A stretch of DNA of 64,000 nt. It comes from the human T2T-CHM13v2.0 reference genome, Homo sapiens. Within the stretch, counting starts at the first letter, position 1. Every line of letters starts with the position of its first letter. Positions 12,548 to 25,609 of this stretch are shown here, piece by piece. Where the stretch lies: assembly GCA_009914755.4 (NCBI GenBank), contig CP068257.2:7520001-7584000 (forward strand). Reading direction: 5' to 3'. The position numbers were made by a program, and so were the translations under genes. The notes below the pieces were generated by a model, which had not been told where the DNA came from, did not search any database, and worked only from the letters and a program-made list of their open reading frames with translations.

Positions 12548-13200
12548 TCAACTGGATTTCAGTTGAGCACAAAACCATCCTTGTACTAGCTCTTTGCTAG
12601 TGTTATTATTCTGCTGTAGAAAGTATCCTTGAACTGGAAACCGTCCACGATCGAGTATCGAGTCATTCAACACTATCAATTCCTGGGTGACTTTTTGAAA
12701 AAGTAGTATCTCTTGTTGCAAGAAATGCTGCATCTGTGAGTCCATGTCTCTCACTGGAATTGGATGGAAGTGGTGAATTTCAGCCAAAGTGGCCAAAGAA
12801 ATCCTGTTCCTGTGATTCTGACGTCATCAGCCTCTGCACCTCTGTCTTCCCTTCTGCCACATGTTGCCTGCTCTCCATGACTTTGGTAAGAGCTTCCTTG
12901 TGTATGTGGATGATGTCCAGGATGTTGGTCTGGTGTCCCTGAGACAGCACTAACAGGTCCATGGCTAGGTCCAGGTCCTTCCTGGACTGACTGGCAAAGA
13001 GCTCACTGACAGAGTGGAAGGCATCTATACTGAAGTGGATGGCCTGGTCCAGCTCCAAGGCCTGGCTGAGGCTGAAGAACTGTCAGGCTTCTGATGCTCT
13101 TTCTCAAAGCCTGCCACCACTCATTGGCTGTGAAGTTGAGCTGAGTGCCCTGTTGTCCATCTTCTTGGTGAAGCACTTGAAGCCGTCAATCTTGCTCTCC
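12548..13200 (-). pseudogene. Fragment of an unidentified protein-coding gene (helical-protein-like), with frameshifts; no splice structure recognised
   Basis: Contiguous minus-strand coding-like reading across three frames. It runs: AWESKIDGFKCFTKKMDNRALSSTSQ, then [20 protein letters not shown], then [93 protein letters not shown], then [54 protein letters not shown] could not assign a parent gene from memory. Confidence 0.45.
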
Positions 13201-13590
13201 CATGCCTAAAAGTTGAGTGTCACACTGGGGGTGGGCTCAGGGCCAGGAAGAATCTGGCACTCACCATCTCATCCTTCTCAGCCTTCCTCTTGCCCTGTCT
13301 CCAGGCTATCTCTTCAGTGCTGGTGGAGCACATCAGGAAGTGACAAACAATGTGGCACTGCACCTGCATCCAGAAGCTGGCTGTGTGGTTCATCTACAAG
13401 ATTGGGCCCTTTCTGCACTTGAACATAGATCCACTTCACCATAGATGCCTTCCACACTGTCAGTGAGCTCTTTGCCCATCAGCCCAGGCAGGATCTGGAC
13501 CCAGTCATGGACTTGTTAGTGCTGTCTCAGGGACACCAGGCCAACATTCTGGACATCATCCACGTACACAAGGAAGCTCTTACCAGAGTC
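12900..13590. repeat. Palindrome 1: inverted arms of about 175 bp (12900-13070 and 13415-13590) derived from the coding-like fragment, with a spacer of about 345 bp
   Basis: Minus-strand arm 1 encodes [48 protein letters not shown]. Plus-strand arm 2 encodes [48 protein letters not shown]. Opposite-strand ORFs 12736-12942(+) and 13527-13799(-) both end RASLC.WMMSRML.WCP. Confidence 0.8.
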
Positions 13591-13744
13591 CTCCTCAAGA
13601 TGGCCTGTGGTCTGCCTCTTGGCACCCGAGAAGCCCACAGTGCTGTAGAAGCCCCGATGCTTGGACTGGAGCCCCAAAGGCGGCACACACCCCAGTTCTG
13701 AGCCTGCTGCTCATTTCCTCTATGTGGCTCCATTTGCAGCACAT

Positions 13745-14110
13745 TTGTTGCACTGAGGCCTGTGCATGCCAGGCAAAGCCAAGCTGGCTCAAAGAGCAAC
13801 CACCCACCTCTGCAATGGTGTGCCAGGAGCCAGTGGACCAGCCACCAACGTCACTCCCTGCCAGTCAGGGTAAATCAGTTATTCTGCCCTGGAAGTGGAG
13901 CCCCAGTGCCATCTGCTTTTCCTCAGGCCTCCACTCCATCAGCTGTCAGGTGGTGGTCACTCAGACTGTGGGAAACTGGCCATCCCTGTTTCCTTGAGTG
14001 GGTGAGGTTGGTGACTGCTCCACCTGCTCCTGGCACACCCTTGCAGAGGTGGCTGGTTGCTCTTTGAGCCAGCTTGGCCTTGCCTGGAATGCACAGGCCC
14101 CAGGTACTGA
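13745..14110. repeat. Palindrome 2: inverted arms of about 125 bp (13745-13872 and 13985-14110) with a spacer of about 112 bp
   Basis: The reverse complement of 13985-14110 (ctgtgcattccaggcaaggccaagctggctcaaagagcaaccagccacctctgcaagggtgtgccaggagc) aligns at about 90% identity with 13760-13840 (ctgtgcatgccaggcaaagccaagctggctcaaagagcaaccacccacctctgcaatggtgtgccaggagc). Mirrored ORFs 13722-13997(+) and 13961-14143(-) both contain PSWLKEQP.TSA.VCQE. Confidence 0.8.
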
Positions 14111-15046
14111 GAAGCTGCTCCGAGTAAGTTTGTCTTGGGCCAAATTCTAAGTCTGGCCAGGGCCACAGAAGGCCGAGTCCCCTGGGTGGTAATCCTGGCT
14201 GCTGCAGGGGGGCCCATGGTGCCCCTCCCCTCCCAGGGCTCAGGATGAGGTCCGACTGGGACAGGATGCTTTAGGTATGGGACTTGTGCCCCAGGAGGGG
14301 ACCTCTGTCACACAGGTTGGGTGAGAAGATATATGGCATGCTGCTGGCTGCCAGGGCTGTTGGGATGCACGTTCACCCTTCCCTTCAGAGACCTCAAAGT
14401 GACCAGCTTTCCCTTTATGAATGACTTCCAAGGCCCAGGAGCCATTTGGGGCTGCAGAGCAGCTGGCTGCATGCTGCCCTGGCTTCTTCCATGTTGTGCT
14501 GGTCACTACCTACCAAGGGGGGTCAGATGCAGGCACAATGTAGGACGATTGTCTCTGGACCTGTGTCTTGGTTATCATGGAGCTAGACTGGGCCTGGTGA
14601 CAGGGCCCTGATGGGGTTGTCCTGTGTGGTCACGGAGGTGATCAGAAAAGATGCAGAATGGAATTGCTGCGAGGATGAATGAGATGACTGTCAGCACATA
14701 ACAGGCAGCTGGTGAGTGTTCAGGGATTACCCTCAGTAGCTGCCCAGAGGCCAAAACCACCCACCTGATAGTGACTTTTCCCAAGCCAGGAGGAAGAGAA
14801 AAGAGCAGGTCCCACTCACCTGAATCTGATCAGTGAGCTGTGTTGAGATGTGCCTCTCATCTAGAAAATGGTCCTTCACGCAGAGCTACTCACAGACACT
14901 GCTGTGTGTCTCTAACTGCTCCACAACACAGAGGCGATGGGGACTCAGCAACAGTGACATTGTGGGGTGACACAACCCACCACCATGGGAGTCTGCTTGG
15001 GTCAACAGGGCCCAGAGTCAGTGTCCTCTATCCCCTGAACTGACAT

Positions 15047-15112
15047 GTGTGTATGCAATGTATTTGTGTATGCATGTGTGCCTGTGTGTGTGTGTGTATG
15101 TGTGTGTTTGTC
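15047..15112. repeat. Imperfect (TG)n / (GT)n microsatellite
   Basis: gtgtgtatgcaatgtatttgtgtatgcatgtgtgcctgtgtgtgtgtgtgtatgtgtgtgtttg. Confidence 0.9.
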
Positions 15113-15479
15113 TTGCTTCTCTGGACAGGCCTAGCTTCTCCACTCATGGGTGCACCCAGGTCCTCATCACTGTCACCTTAGAGCATTAGAGCCTCTATAG
15201 GTGCTCCCCAATCTCTGCCCTCCCCACCCATGGTGGTACTGGGGATGCAGACAGAGGAGGGGCACTGCATAATGCTGAGAGGGCTGGCACCCTCTCTAGG
15301 TGGAACACAGGTCATTTGTAAAGTTGTAGGTCTGCCAAGCAGTATTGGATTCAACACATCTTCTCACCTTCTCTTTCCAGCGACCCTCCAGGGTGCCCCG
15401 ACTCACTTTCCCTGCAGATGGAGGCAAGGAGGCTCCACAGACAACCCCCCTGCCTGAGGTCAGATAGTGGCCAGCAGGC

Positions 15480-16080
15480 CAGGTACTGACAAACTGCCCC
15501 TGACCAGGTTCCCAGTGATGAGTGATGAGACCCCTAATGACCACTCCTCCATTGACCAAGTCCCACTGATCAAGTCCCCACTGACCATGTCTTCCTAACC
15601 AGGCCCACACTTAATAGGCCTCATGGGCCAGACCCCACTGACCAATTTTCCACTGACCTGGTCCCCATTGACAAGACAGGGTTCCCACTGACAAGACCAC
15701 AATTTACCAGGTTGCTGCTCAACCGACCCCCCACTGAACAATTCTCCATGAACGAGTACCCAGCTGACTGAGCCCCCTCTGACCAGGCCCTCACTGACCA
15801 GGCCCCAAGCCACTAAGGCCCCACACTGACCAGGCCCGTGATATATTGTGTATGCCCCACCAACCAGTTTTTCATTGTTTATGTTCCAACAGATCAGGCC
15901 CCACTAATAAAGCCACCACTGACTAGGTCCCCCCACTGACCAGGCTTCCAATGACTAGGTCACCAGGTCCCCACTGAGGAGGCCGCCACTAACCAGGCCC
16001 CTGCTGATCAGGTCCCAAATGATCAGGTCCTGATGACCAGGTCATCTCTGACCATGGTCCACTGACCAGGCCCCAGAGCA
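15480..16080 (+). repeat. Degenerate minisatellite, unit of about 15-20 bp, consensus near CCCACTGACCAGGCC
   Basis: More than 25 tandem, variably spaced copies of cactgacc, ctgaccagg and cccactga (for example ccactgaccaggccccaagccactaaggccccacactgaccaggcccgtg and ccactgactaggtccccccactgaccaggcttccaatgactaggtcaccaggtccccactgagg). Confidence 0.75.
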
Positions 16081-19032
16081 ACGGGGTTCAAAGTCTCATT
16101 ACAATGTCCCCCTCAGCTCATAGACCCTCCCTCCCTGCATGTGTGCCCGGAGGTCAGGCCCTGGGGTTTTTTTTTGGGACGTGGCCTTTCCTCCAAGACA
16201 CAGGGAGAGACAGTTGGCCTCAGGCTCCAAGTTCCCAGCTCCACACTCACCCCAAAGGCCCTCTGGGCCCGTCTCAAAGGAGAAAGTGAGGTGGCCTGAC
16301 ACTGCCTGGACACACCATCTACCCTATTCCTGAGTTTCAGAGTGTGAGGAAGGGAGGGACATTTGGCAGATAAGGCACGCTGTGCTGTTGGGTCTCTCAG
16401 GGCCCTTCCCACAGAGCCCCGATCTAAAGACACAACACAGAGGCTACAGGAAGACTAATCCAGAACCTCTGAGACAGCCAGGGACCACATGAGTACTCTC
16501 CCCAGACAGCCAGAAGGCCCTTTGCTAGTTTCTTGGTACTTCAGTGGATGTGGCAGTGGTTCTTCTGTTGGGGCCAGTGAGTACACACTGGGGAGGGCTC
16601 ACCTGTGTTTCCTCAGTGGCTCCACCTCTGCTTCTAAAAAAAATGACTCATTCCAGAGCTGGCGCAGAGAAAATACAAGCTGAGCTTAGAACATCTTCTG
16701 CCAGAAAGTAAAAAAGTGCCGACAGAGTAATGGAGACAAATCAAAGAGACATAAAGTCAGCTTGGAATGTCTACTACTGGCCTAATCTTGGGGAATTGGA
16801 GCATCAGAATCATGAGCTTTCTTTCTCCCTTATTTATTGGTTTTATTTCTCCATGTAGAACAAAGAAGAGAATAAGAAAATAATCATCTGGTAACCATCA
16901 TAGTAATAATTGTTCAAACACAAGTCATCCATGAAATGCTAAATCTAGTGGGTTCTGAGGAGTAACCAGATATTTACAGAGCCTCAAAGTATCTCCATAC
17001 AAAATACGGTTGAATTACAAAAAGAAAATTGTAACATTAGCATGGACAAACCTGGCAGGTACTCCTTAACTCTCCTAAGTAATAAAAACTGTAAAATGCA
17101 AATAAGCCTTCGATGACATTTACTAACCTTTACTAAAGTATCAATGATGACTTGGTTGTTTAAACAGCTGACATTTGGGCAATTTGAGTATGTCAAACTC
17201 AATAATACTGGTTTTCATTTGCAAGATCCACTTAAAACTTAAGGAGGCCAAAAAACATCATTTAAAATACCCTATAAATTATAATCATACATATGATACA
17301 AAAATATCCTACTTCAGTAAATATTGGAATGTTATATATTTTATGAGAAACAATTAAAATGTGTAAATAGCCCAGTAATAAAGTTTTATAATCTTTTAAA
17401 TCATCATAGAATTTTTCCTTAAGACTTTATGGTTAAATATTCTCTTCATTAGATGTGGCTTACCCGTGGATTCTAGAGAAGAAAGTAGATGGGAGCAAGT
17501 GTCCAATACAGCAACAGCTGGAAAGAAAAATAAAGAATTTTGTTCTTTACCTAAAACACTTCAGTTAACTAAGAGTGAGTTTAAAAACTAAAGACTTGAG
17601 AACTTTATCAGAGTTAATAAGAATGAGAAATATGTATGTACATTTACAATACAAAATTACTATTTAATAATTTACACATGGCATTAATTCTAATTGTGTT
17701 TAAATATCAGAGCTTGTTCAGTCTTCATTCATGTAATCAACAGCCACATGCTAAGGTACTAGAACCAGCACTGGAATTACAAGATGAAGATGGCATGGTC
17801 CACCTCTCAACAGTCATAAGCTATAACCTAAAAAACAGACAGGCAGGCAATGTCCATATAGAGTCATAGATACCATGACAGGTATACAGCAGGGCACTAC
17901 TGGAACACAGAGAAGGGACATCTACCCACTTTTATGTCAATATCATGGGCTTTCTGGTGGAGGAGATAACATAGGTTGATACCTGAAGGACAAGAAAAAG
18001 CTTCCCAGATAGAGGAAAGAGGCAAAGGCAAAGAGCCTGAGGTGAGGAAGAGCCCTGCAGAGTTCCACTCCATCCAGTTTGGTGCTAGAGCAAAGGGCAG
18101 AGTGCAGTAAGTGGTGAGAAACAAGGCTGAGTAACTTGGCAAGAATTACATTGACATGGGTGTTTTTATTTCATGGTGAAAAATTTGGAACTTTTCCTGA
18201 GAACAAGTGTAAGCCAATGACACAGTAAATTAGAGGAGATTTAAAATGTCACCTGTCAAGTGACTGCTTATGAAGGGTTATTGCTCAGCTAAGTATTTCT
18301 GAATGAGTCTTAGGTCTGTTGGCCTTCAATCTCTACCGAAACCCTGAGAACTTGATGATGCTTTTGTTTTCTGAGAATCGTTTCAGTGTGCTGGCTGACA
18401 GTTCCATGAGGATGGCAAAACTTAAGAAAGTGTAGAGCCAGTGAAGAAGAGATGCACAGACTTCTTGGGAACTGTTTAAGCTTTGGAGCATGATGAGTTT
18501 ATGGTGCATAAGTGCAGTCTTCTCTGTGAAAGTTTTTGTTTTCACATCTTTCATTAGATGTGTGTAAGAAAAAATATTGATGTAGTATCTACTAACCCAA
18601 GAATGAAAAGGAATGCCATTAGCTATTTACACTTTATTTCTAAAATAAACCTAAATTTAATTAATAAATTTTGTCAACGTACTTCTCTGTTTCTCTAATT
18701 ATTTATTCTACACAGTCCAGCCCCATCTAAAATAAGTAAAAATAATAATAATGTCTAAATTAAACAAGAAACATTATCATGAAAATCATGTATCACTTAC
18801 AAAATGTGGCCTTTAGTATTTTTAGTGACTAGACATTACTTGAAGTTTGCTTAAATAGAAAAATAATCACATAAATAAAATAAAATTTCTACTTATTTTA
18901 AGTTTAGATAACAGAGGATGTATATGTGTAATGCTGTTTAGAGTAATCTGACAAAAATGCAGTTAATATTGATCTATTGCATATACATGATTTTAGAAAG
19001 GTAGTGTTTTATTAGTACAAAGGTTAAACAAT

Positions 19033-19380
<348 letters not shown>

Positions 19381-19559
19381 TTAGAAAACTCTGCCGTTTA
19401 TAAAAGTTTAATCCATTTTTTACTTCAATAAATTTTATCTTAAAAAGAAATTTCTGTTCTCTACTTATAGGAAACTTTTCTTTTTTTTTCTAGTTTGTAT
19501 TCTAAATTAACGTGGTACCTCTGTAAGTTTCTTCCAAAGGCATATTGAGGGATACCGAG

Positions 19560-20640
19560 GTTTGCAGTACAATTAAACCCATCACACAGTTTGTGAGCAT
19601 AGGACCCAAGAAGTAGTTTTTCAACCCTGGCCCACTCTGTCCCTCCCCGTTCTTATTTCCCAGTGTCTATTATTCCCACCTTTATGACAATGTGCACCCA
19701 ATATGTAGCTCCCACATGAGTGAAAACATGACATATTTGGTTTCTGTTTCTGCGTTGGTTTGCTTAGGAGAGTGGATTCCAGCTGTATTCATGTTGCTGC
19801 AAATGATGTGATTTTGTTCTTTTCATGGCTGCATAGTATTCCATGGTATATATGGAATTTTCCAATCTACCTTGGATTTTCAATCTACCTTGGATGTACC
19901 TGGATTGACTCCACGTCTTTGCTATTGTGAATAGTGCTGCAATGAACATACATGTGTATACATCTTTTTGTTACAATGATTTATTGTCCTTTCGATATAC
20001 CCCTAGTATAGTAATGGGGTTGCTGCATCCAACAGTCATTCTTAGTTCTTAATTTCCAAACTGCTCTCCATAGTAGCTGAATTAATTTACATTGCCACAA
20101 ACGGTTTGTGTTCCCTTTTCTCCACAGCCTCCCCAACTTCCTTTTTTAAGTTTTTATTTATTATTTGTTTTTAACAAAAGTCATTGTGACTGATGTGAAA
20201 TGGTATTTAATTGATGTTTTGTTTGGCATTTTTCTGATGATTAGCAATGGTAAGCATTTTTTAATGTTTGTTGGCCACTTATGTGTGTTATTTTGAGAAC
20301 TGTCTGTTCATGTCCTTTGCCCATTTTTAATGGTCTTATTTATTTTTTGCTTGTTGATTTGTTTAGGTCTCTTATGGATTCTGGATAATAGGCGTTTGCT
20401 ATATCCATACTTTGTGAATATTTTCTTCCATTCCTTATGCTGTCTGTTTAATCCCGTGATAGTTTCTCATGCTGTGCAGAAGCTATTTAGCTAAATTAGA
20501 TCACACTTGTCAATTTTTGTTATTCTTGCAATTGCTTTTGAGGACTTAGCCATAAATTAATTGACAAATATGATATCTAGAAGAGTATTTCCTAGGTTTT
20601 TTCCAGGATTTTTATAGTCAGAAGATGTACTCTTATGTAA
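19560..20640 (-). mobile_element. L1 3' portion (older primate L1), antisense
   Basis: ggctgcatagtattccatggtatatatg ... tctttgctattgtgaatagtgctgcaatgaacatacatgtgtatacatc ... ctgtctgttcatgtcctttgcccattttt ... gctgtgcagaagctatttagctaaattagatcacacttgtcaattttt matches the reverse complement of the L1 ORF2 3' end. The 3' UTR reverse complement lies at about 19560-19790. The L1-type ORF MFIAALFTIAKTW..TMEYYAA is on the minus strand at 19764-19949. Confidence 0.8.
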
Positions 20641-20654
20641 GGAAAGCACAAACC

Positions 20655-20950
20655 TTTTTTTTTGTTTTGTTTTGAGACAGAGTCTCCATCACCAAGGCTA
20701 TAGTGCAGTGGTATGATCTTGGCTTACTGCAACCTCTGTCTCCTGGGTTCAAGTGATTCTCCTGCCTCAGCCTCCTGAGTATCTGAGATTACACATGCCT
20801 GCCAACACGCCTTGCTAATTTTTGTATTTTTACTAGAGACAGGTTTCATCATTTTGGCCAGGCTGGTCTCAAACTCCTGACGTCAGGTGATTCACCTGCC
20901 TCGGCCTCCCCAAATTTTGGGATTACAAGTGTGAACCACCATGCCTGGCC
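20655..20950 (-). mobile_element. Alu, antisense
   Basis: A poly-T stretch, then gagacagagtctccatcaccaaggctatagtgcagtggtatgatcttggcttactgcaacctc ... gattacaagtgtgaaccaccatgcctggcc. Confidence 0.9.
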
Positions 20951-21129
20951 AACCACAAAGCTTTTAACATAAAAAGGGAAATGAACATTTTAGTGTTTTG
21001 TTTAATTCATAAAATGCAATTATTTTGGATTCTACTAAATAATAAACATCCATATGTGGCAAAGTGTTTGGATGCTAATCATTCAGTTGTGATTATGAGT
21101 GGGAAGAATTGAGATGGTGCAAATAAACT

Positions 21130-21435
21130 TTTTTAATTTTTTTTTTATTTTCAAGATGGAGTCTTGCCCTGTCACCCAGGCTGGAGTGCAGTGGTGCAAT
21201 CTCAGCTGCTGCAACCTCCGTCTCCCAGGTTCAAGCAATTCTCTGCCTCAGCCTTCCTAGTAGCTGGGATTACAGGTGCCCACCACCACACCAGGCTAAT
21301 ATATTTTTTTGTACTTTTAGTAGAGTTGGGGTTTCACCATCTTGGCCAGGCTGGTCTTGAACTCCTGACCTCGTGATACACCTGCCTCAGCCTCCCAAAG
21401 TGCTGGGATTACAGGCATGAGCCACCACACCTGGC
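21130..21435 (-). mobile_element. Alu, antisense
   Basis: A poly-T stretch, then gatggagtcttgccctgtcacccaggctggagtgcagtggtgcaatctcagctgctgcaacctccgtctcccaggttcaagc ... gggattacaggcatgagccaccacacctggct. Confidence 0.9.
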
Positions 21436-21463
21436 TGGTGCAAAGAAACTTTAAAAGTGGCAT

Positions 21464-21785
<322 letters not shown>

Positions 21786-22144
21786 CTACAATCAATTAGA
21801 GAGTAAGCCAGAGCATCTCAAAGTATATCATCAGTTATCAGGCAATAACATGCAATTTCTAAAACCTAACTTAAATGCAGCTTTTAAAGACATTTCAATC
21901 ATGTCAGTTTAGTCACATTTATTGAATAAAGTTAGCAAATGGATATCTCTTGAAAATGAGAGCTCCAGGGAATTAAAAAATGTAAAGTTCCCATTTCCTT
22001 TCTGTGTTAACACAGCTAATTATGATCTTTACTTCACATGCAAAAGTCAACAGAACAACTCAGTATTTCACCAAATTATAAACAAGAATTACGCTAGAGA
22101 AATGAAACCCTAAAGAGAAACGGTCATATAACTAACCTCAGTCA

Positions 22145-22267
<123 letters not shown>

Positions 22268-23690
22268 TCACCTTGTAGGAAGAGTGCTGAGAAAATATTT
22301 CACCTGCTCTTTCTCCATAAAGAGCTGATACTGATCATTGCTATTTTCTTATTCGATCTGTAAAGGTAGCAAAGACAAATGCTTAATATTTCATTTTTCC
22401 TTAAATGATTCTTAATGACTTGCAGTTTTTAAAAACTTACCCTGAGAGTAAACCAAATTACCCACTAAATAGTGTTTTCACACAGAAGATGTGTAAGAGC
22501 ATACCTGTTGTAAGGAATTATAATTTTAAAATCATTCTAAAGAAGCACCATTGTTTCTAAGGTGATTTCTACTGAACAAGCAGTTCAAACAAAGTAGACA
22601 GGGAAGAGAAATGGCTATCAGTGATGTATGGCTCAACAGGTAAAACTTCCTGCCTTCTAAAATGGCTCTACTTGGAAGATTCTGAAGATTCCATTAGAAA
22701 TACTTGTATTTAAAGGGTAATAATGTGGGAAAATGAATATGTTGATTTGCTTGATTATAAGAACCACTTCACTAGAAATAATTATATCAAAACATCATGT
22801 TGTACTCCTTAATGTAGGTTAAGAAAACTAAAATGAAAGAAAAAAAATCTAGGAACACTTGTGTTTAGTAAACCAGTTTTAGATTTCACTCTTGTACATT
22901 TCACCCATTATCTAGGACCAATTAAACATTTGGCACTGAGGAATAATTCAGAGCAACAACTCCTAGGGGAGAACTAGATTGTCTGGTTGGTGATCAAAAA
23001 GAACTAAAGCATCTCTGAAGGCAATTAGTCCCCAACACTGTGACCAAGGCCCTGGAGGTGGGGCATGTTCTTTCTGCCTTCCACACACCGCTTCAGGCTG
23101 AACAAGGTGTTATTTTTTAACCGCTTTGTGAATTACACTTCTTTAAATTCCTGTGATAATTATTCCCTATTTCACAAGGGTGCCTTTCTGTAACATCTTG
23201 AATATGTTACACAAATAGTCTTTCTTGAGGCACCCTCTGGTGATAATACTAAAGATCACAATCAAAAACAATTGTGCCCAGAGTAGCAGTACCACTTTGC
23301 ATTTAGGTTGTGATCCACTGAAAAGTAAATTAAACACATTAATATTTCTATTTAGGGAAATTCTGACAAGTAATTTTATAACAAGATCACTTCATTAATT
23401 ATAAAGCTTCAAAAATACTTAGTGAAAAAAACTAACAGATCAGGTTAATTACATGAGACTTTTCAGGAAAAAAAGCCATACAAAAGCAAAAAAAAAAATG
23501 AGAGGAGAGACAAAAACTATCTTTGACTAACATTTTAAAGGTAAAATTATTTACTCACGTTATTTTTCAAAATTACATTGTCAAATTAGCATTCACTTCC
23601 TTCTAATCTCCTGAAGCCATCTCACTAAAAATTATGCTTTTGAAACAAATTAATGAGCTTAATTCATTTTCTATGAGTGTATGTTTTGAC

Positions 23691-23908
<218 letters not shown>

Positions 23909-24372
23909 CTAAAACAGAGGAAAAGAATACACTTTTAAAACAATTATAACCTAATTATTATGTTTGTTGCCTTTCATTTTGAGTCAGCGATTCAAAGAGT
24001 ATTTTTGAATATGTTAAAAAAGAGGATGAAGTTTAAAATATTTCAGCAATATCAAAACTAATAACTGAATTCAGAATTAAGTCTGATTTGTAAAAATTTG
24101 AAATCATAATTATGCTAGTATTAATGTAATCTGGTCATATAAAAAGTAATAGAATCCATTCATAGTTTTAAAAAGTGATCAATGAACACTGTAGCTTAAG
24201 ACCAATTCATAATTATCACATAATTTCTAAAACACAATTTTTTCCTATGCCAACTGGTCTTAATCATCAAATGACTCCATAATGAGAATCATTACTCTGA
24301 AAGATTGATTTTGTTATAATAATAATGGAAATTTAAATATTTAAAAGAAAAAACAGATACCATTTTTTTCTA

Positions 24373-24885
<513 letters not shown>

Positions 24886-25236
24886 TTATCTGTAATGCAG
24901 CAGATTCTTCAAATGTGAACCCTTAAATTACTCAGAATTTTAAGAACAAAGTTAAAGCTACCATGAGTCATAAAAATATATTCTTTACTATCATCATCTT
25001 TGCCACAGAATTTTTGTACTTCATTTTACTTTTATTTTTCTGATAATTCATTTTTGTTCCTCCTTAAATGGCACAAAGTTATCTCCTAGTAAAAAGTGTC
25101 TAACCCCCTTCCTTCATTATCATTCCCCACAGTATGTCAAAAAAAGTTTCAGAGATATCATATTGAGTTATTTAGGCCAAAGTCAATAAATGGGTCTAGG
25201 AATAAGACTTTGAAAGTGATATTACACTCTATATTA

Positions 25237-25520
25237 GGCATGGTGGCTCATGCCTGTAATCCTAGCACTTTAAAAAGCTGTGGCAGAAAGATCACTTGAG
25301 GCCAGGAATTTAAGATCAGCCAGAGCAACATAGTGAGACCCCCATCTCTACAAAAAAAAATTTTTTTTAATTACCCGGGCATGGTGGCTCATGCCTGTAG
25401 ACCCAGCTAGTTGGGATACTGAGGCAAAAGGATGGCTTGTACCCAGAGTTCAGGGCTGCAGTGAATTATTATCACTGCACTTCTGCCTGGATAACAGACA
25501 AAGACCCTATATCAAAAAAC
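25237..25520 (+). mobile_element. Old Alu-derived sequence (FLAM/AluJ-like, probably two partial elements)
   Basis: ggcatggtggctcatgcctgtaatcctagcactttaaaaagctgtggcagaaagatcacttgaggccaggaatttaagatcagcc ... cccgggcatggtggctcatgcctgtagacccagctagttgggatactgaggcaaaaggatggcttg. Confidence 0.75.
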
Positions 25521-25609
25521 ATCACAAAATAATGAAATCTATGATTAAGGATTCTGATGCTATAAGCCTTTCCTTAAACTGCAAATGTTTCATGCTAATT
25601 TGAATTGCA

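Noticed and set aside
13200-16500. GC-rich block as a CpG-island promoter
   Set aside because: CpG dinucleotides are sparse (CpG-depleted). No TATA or initiator context and no adjacent 5' exon were recognised. The GC richness comes from the pseudogene fragment and the minisatellite.
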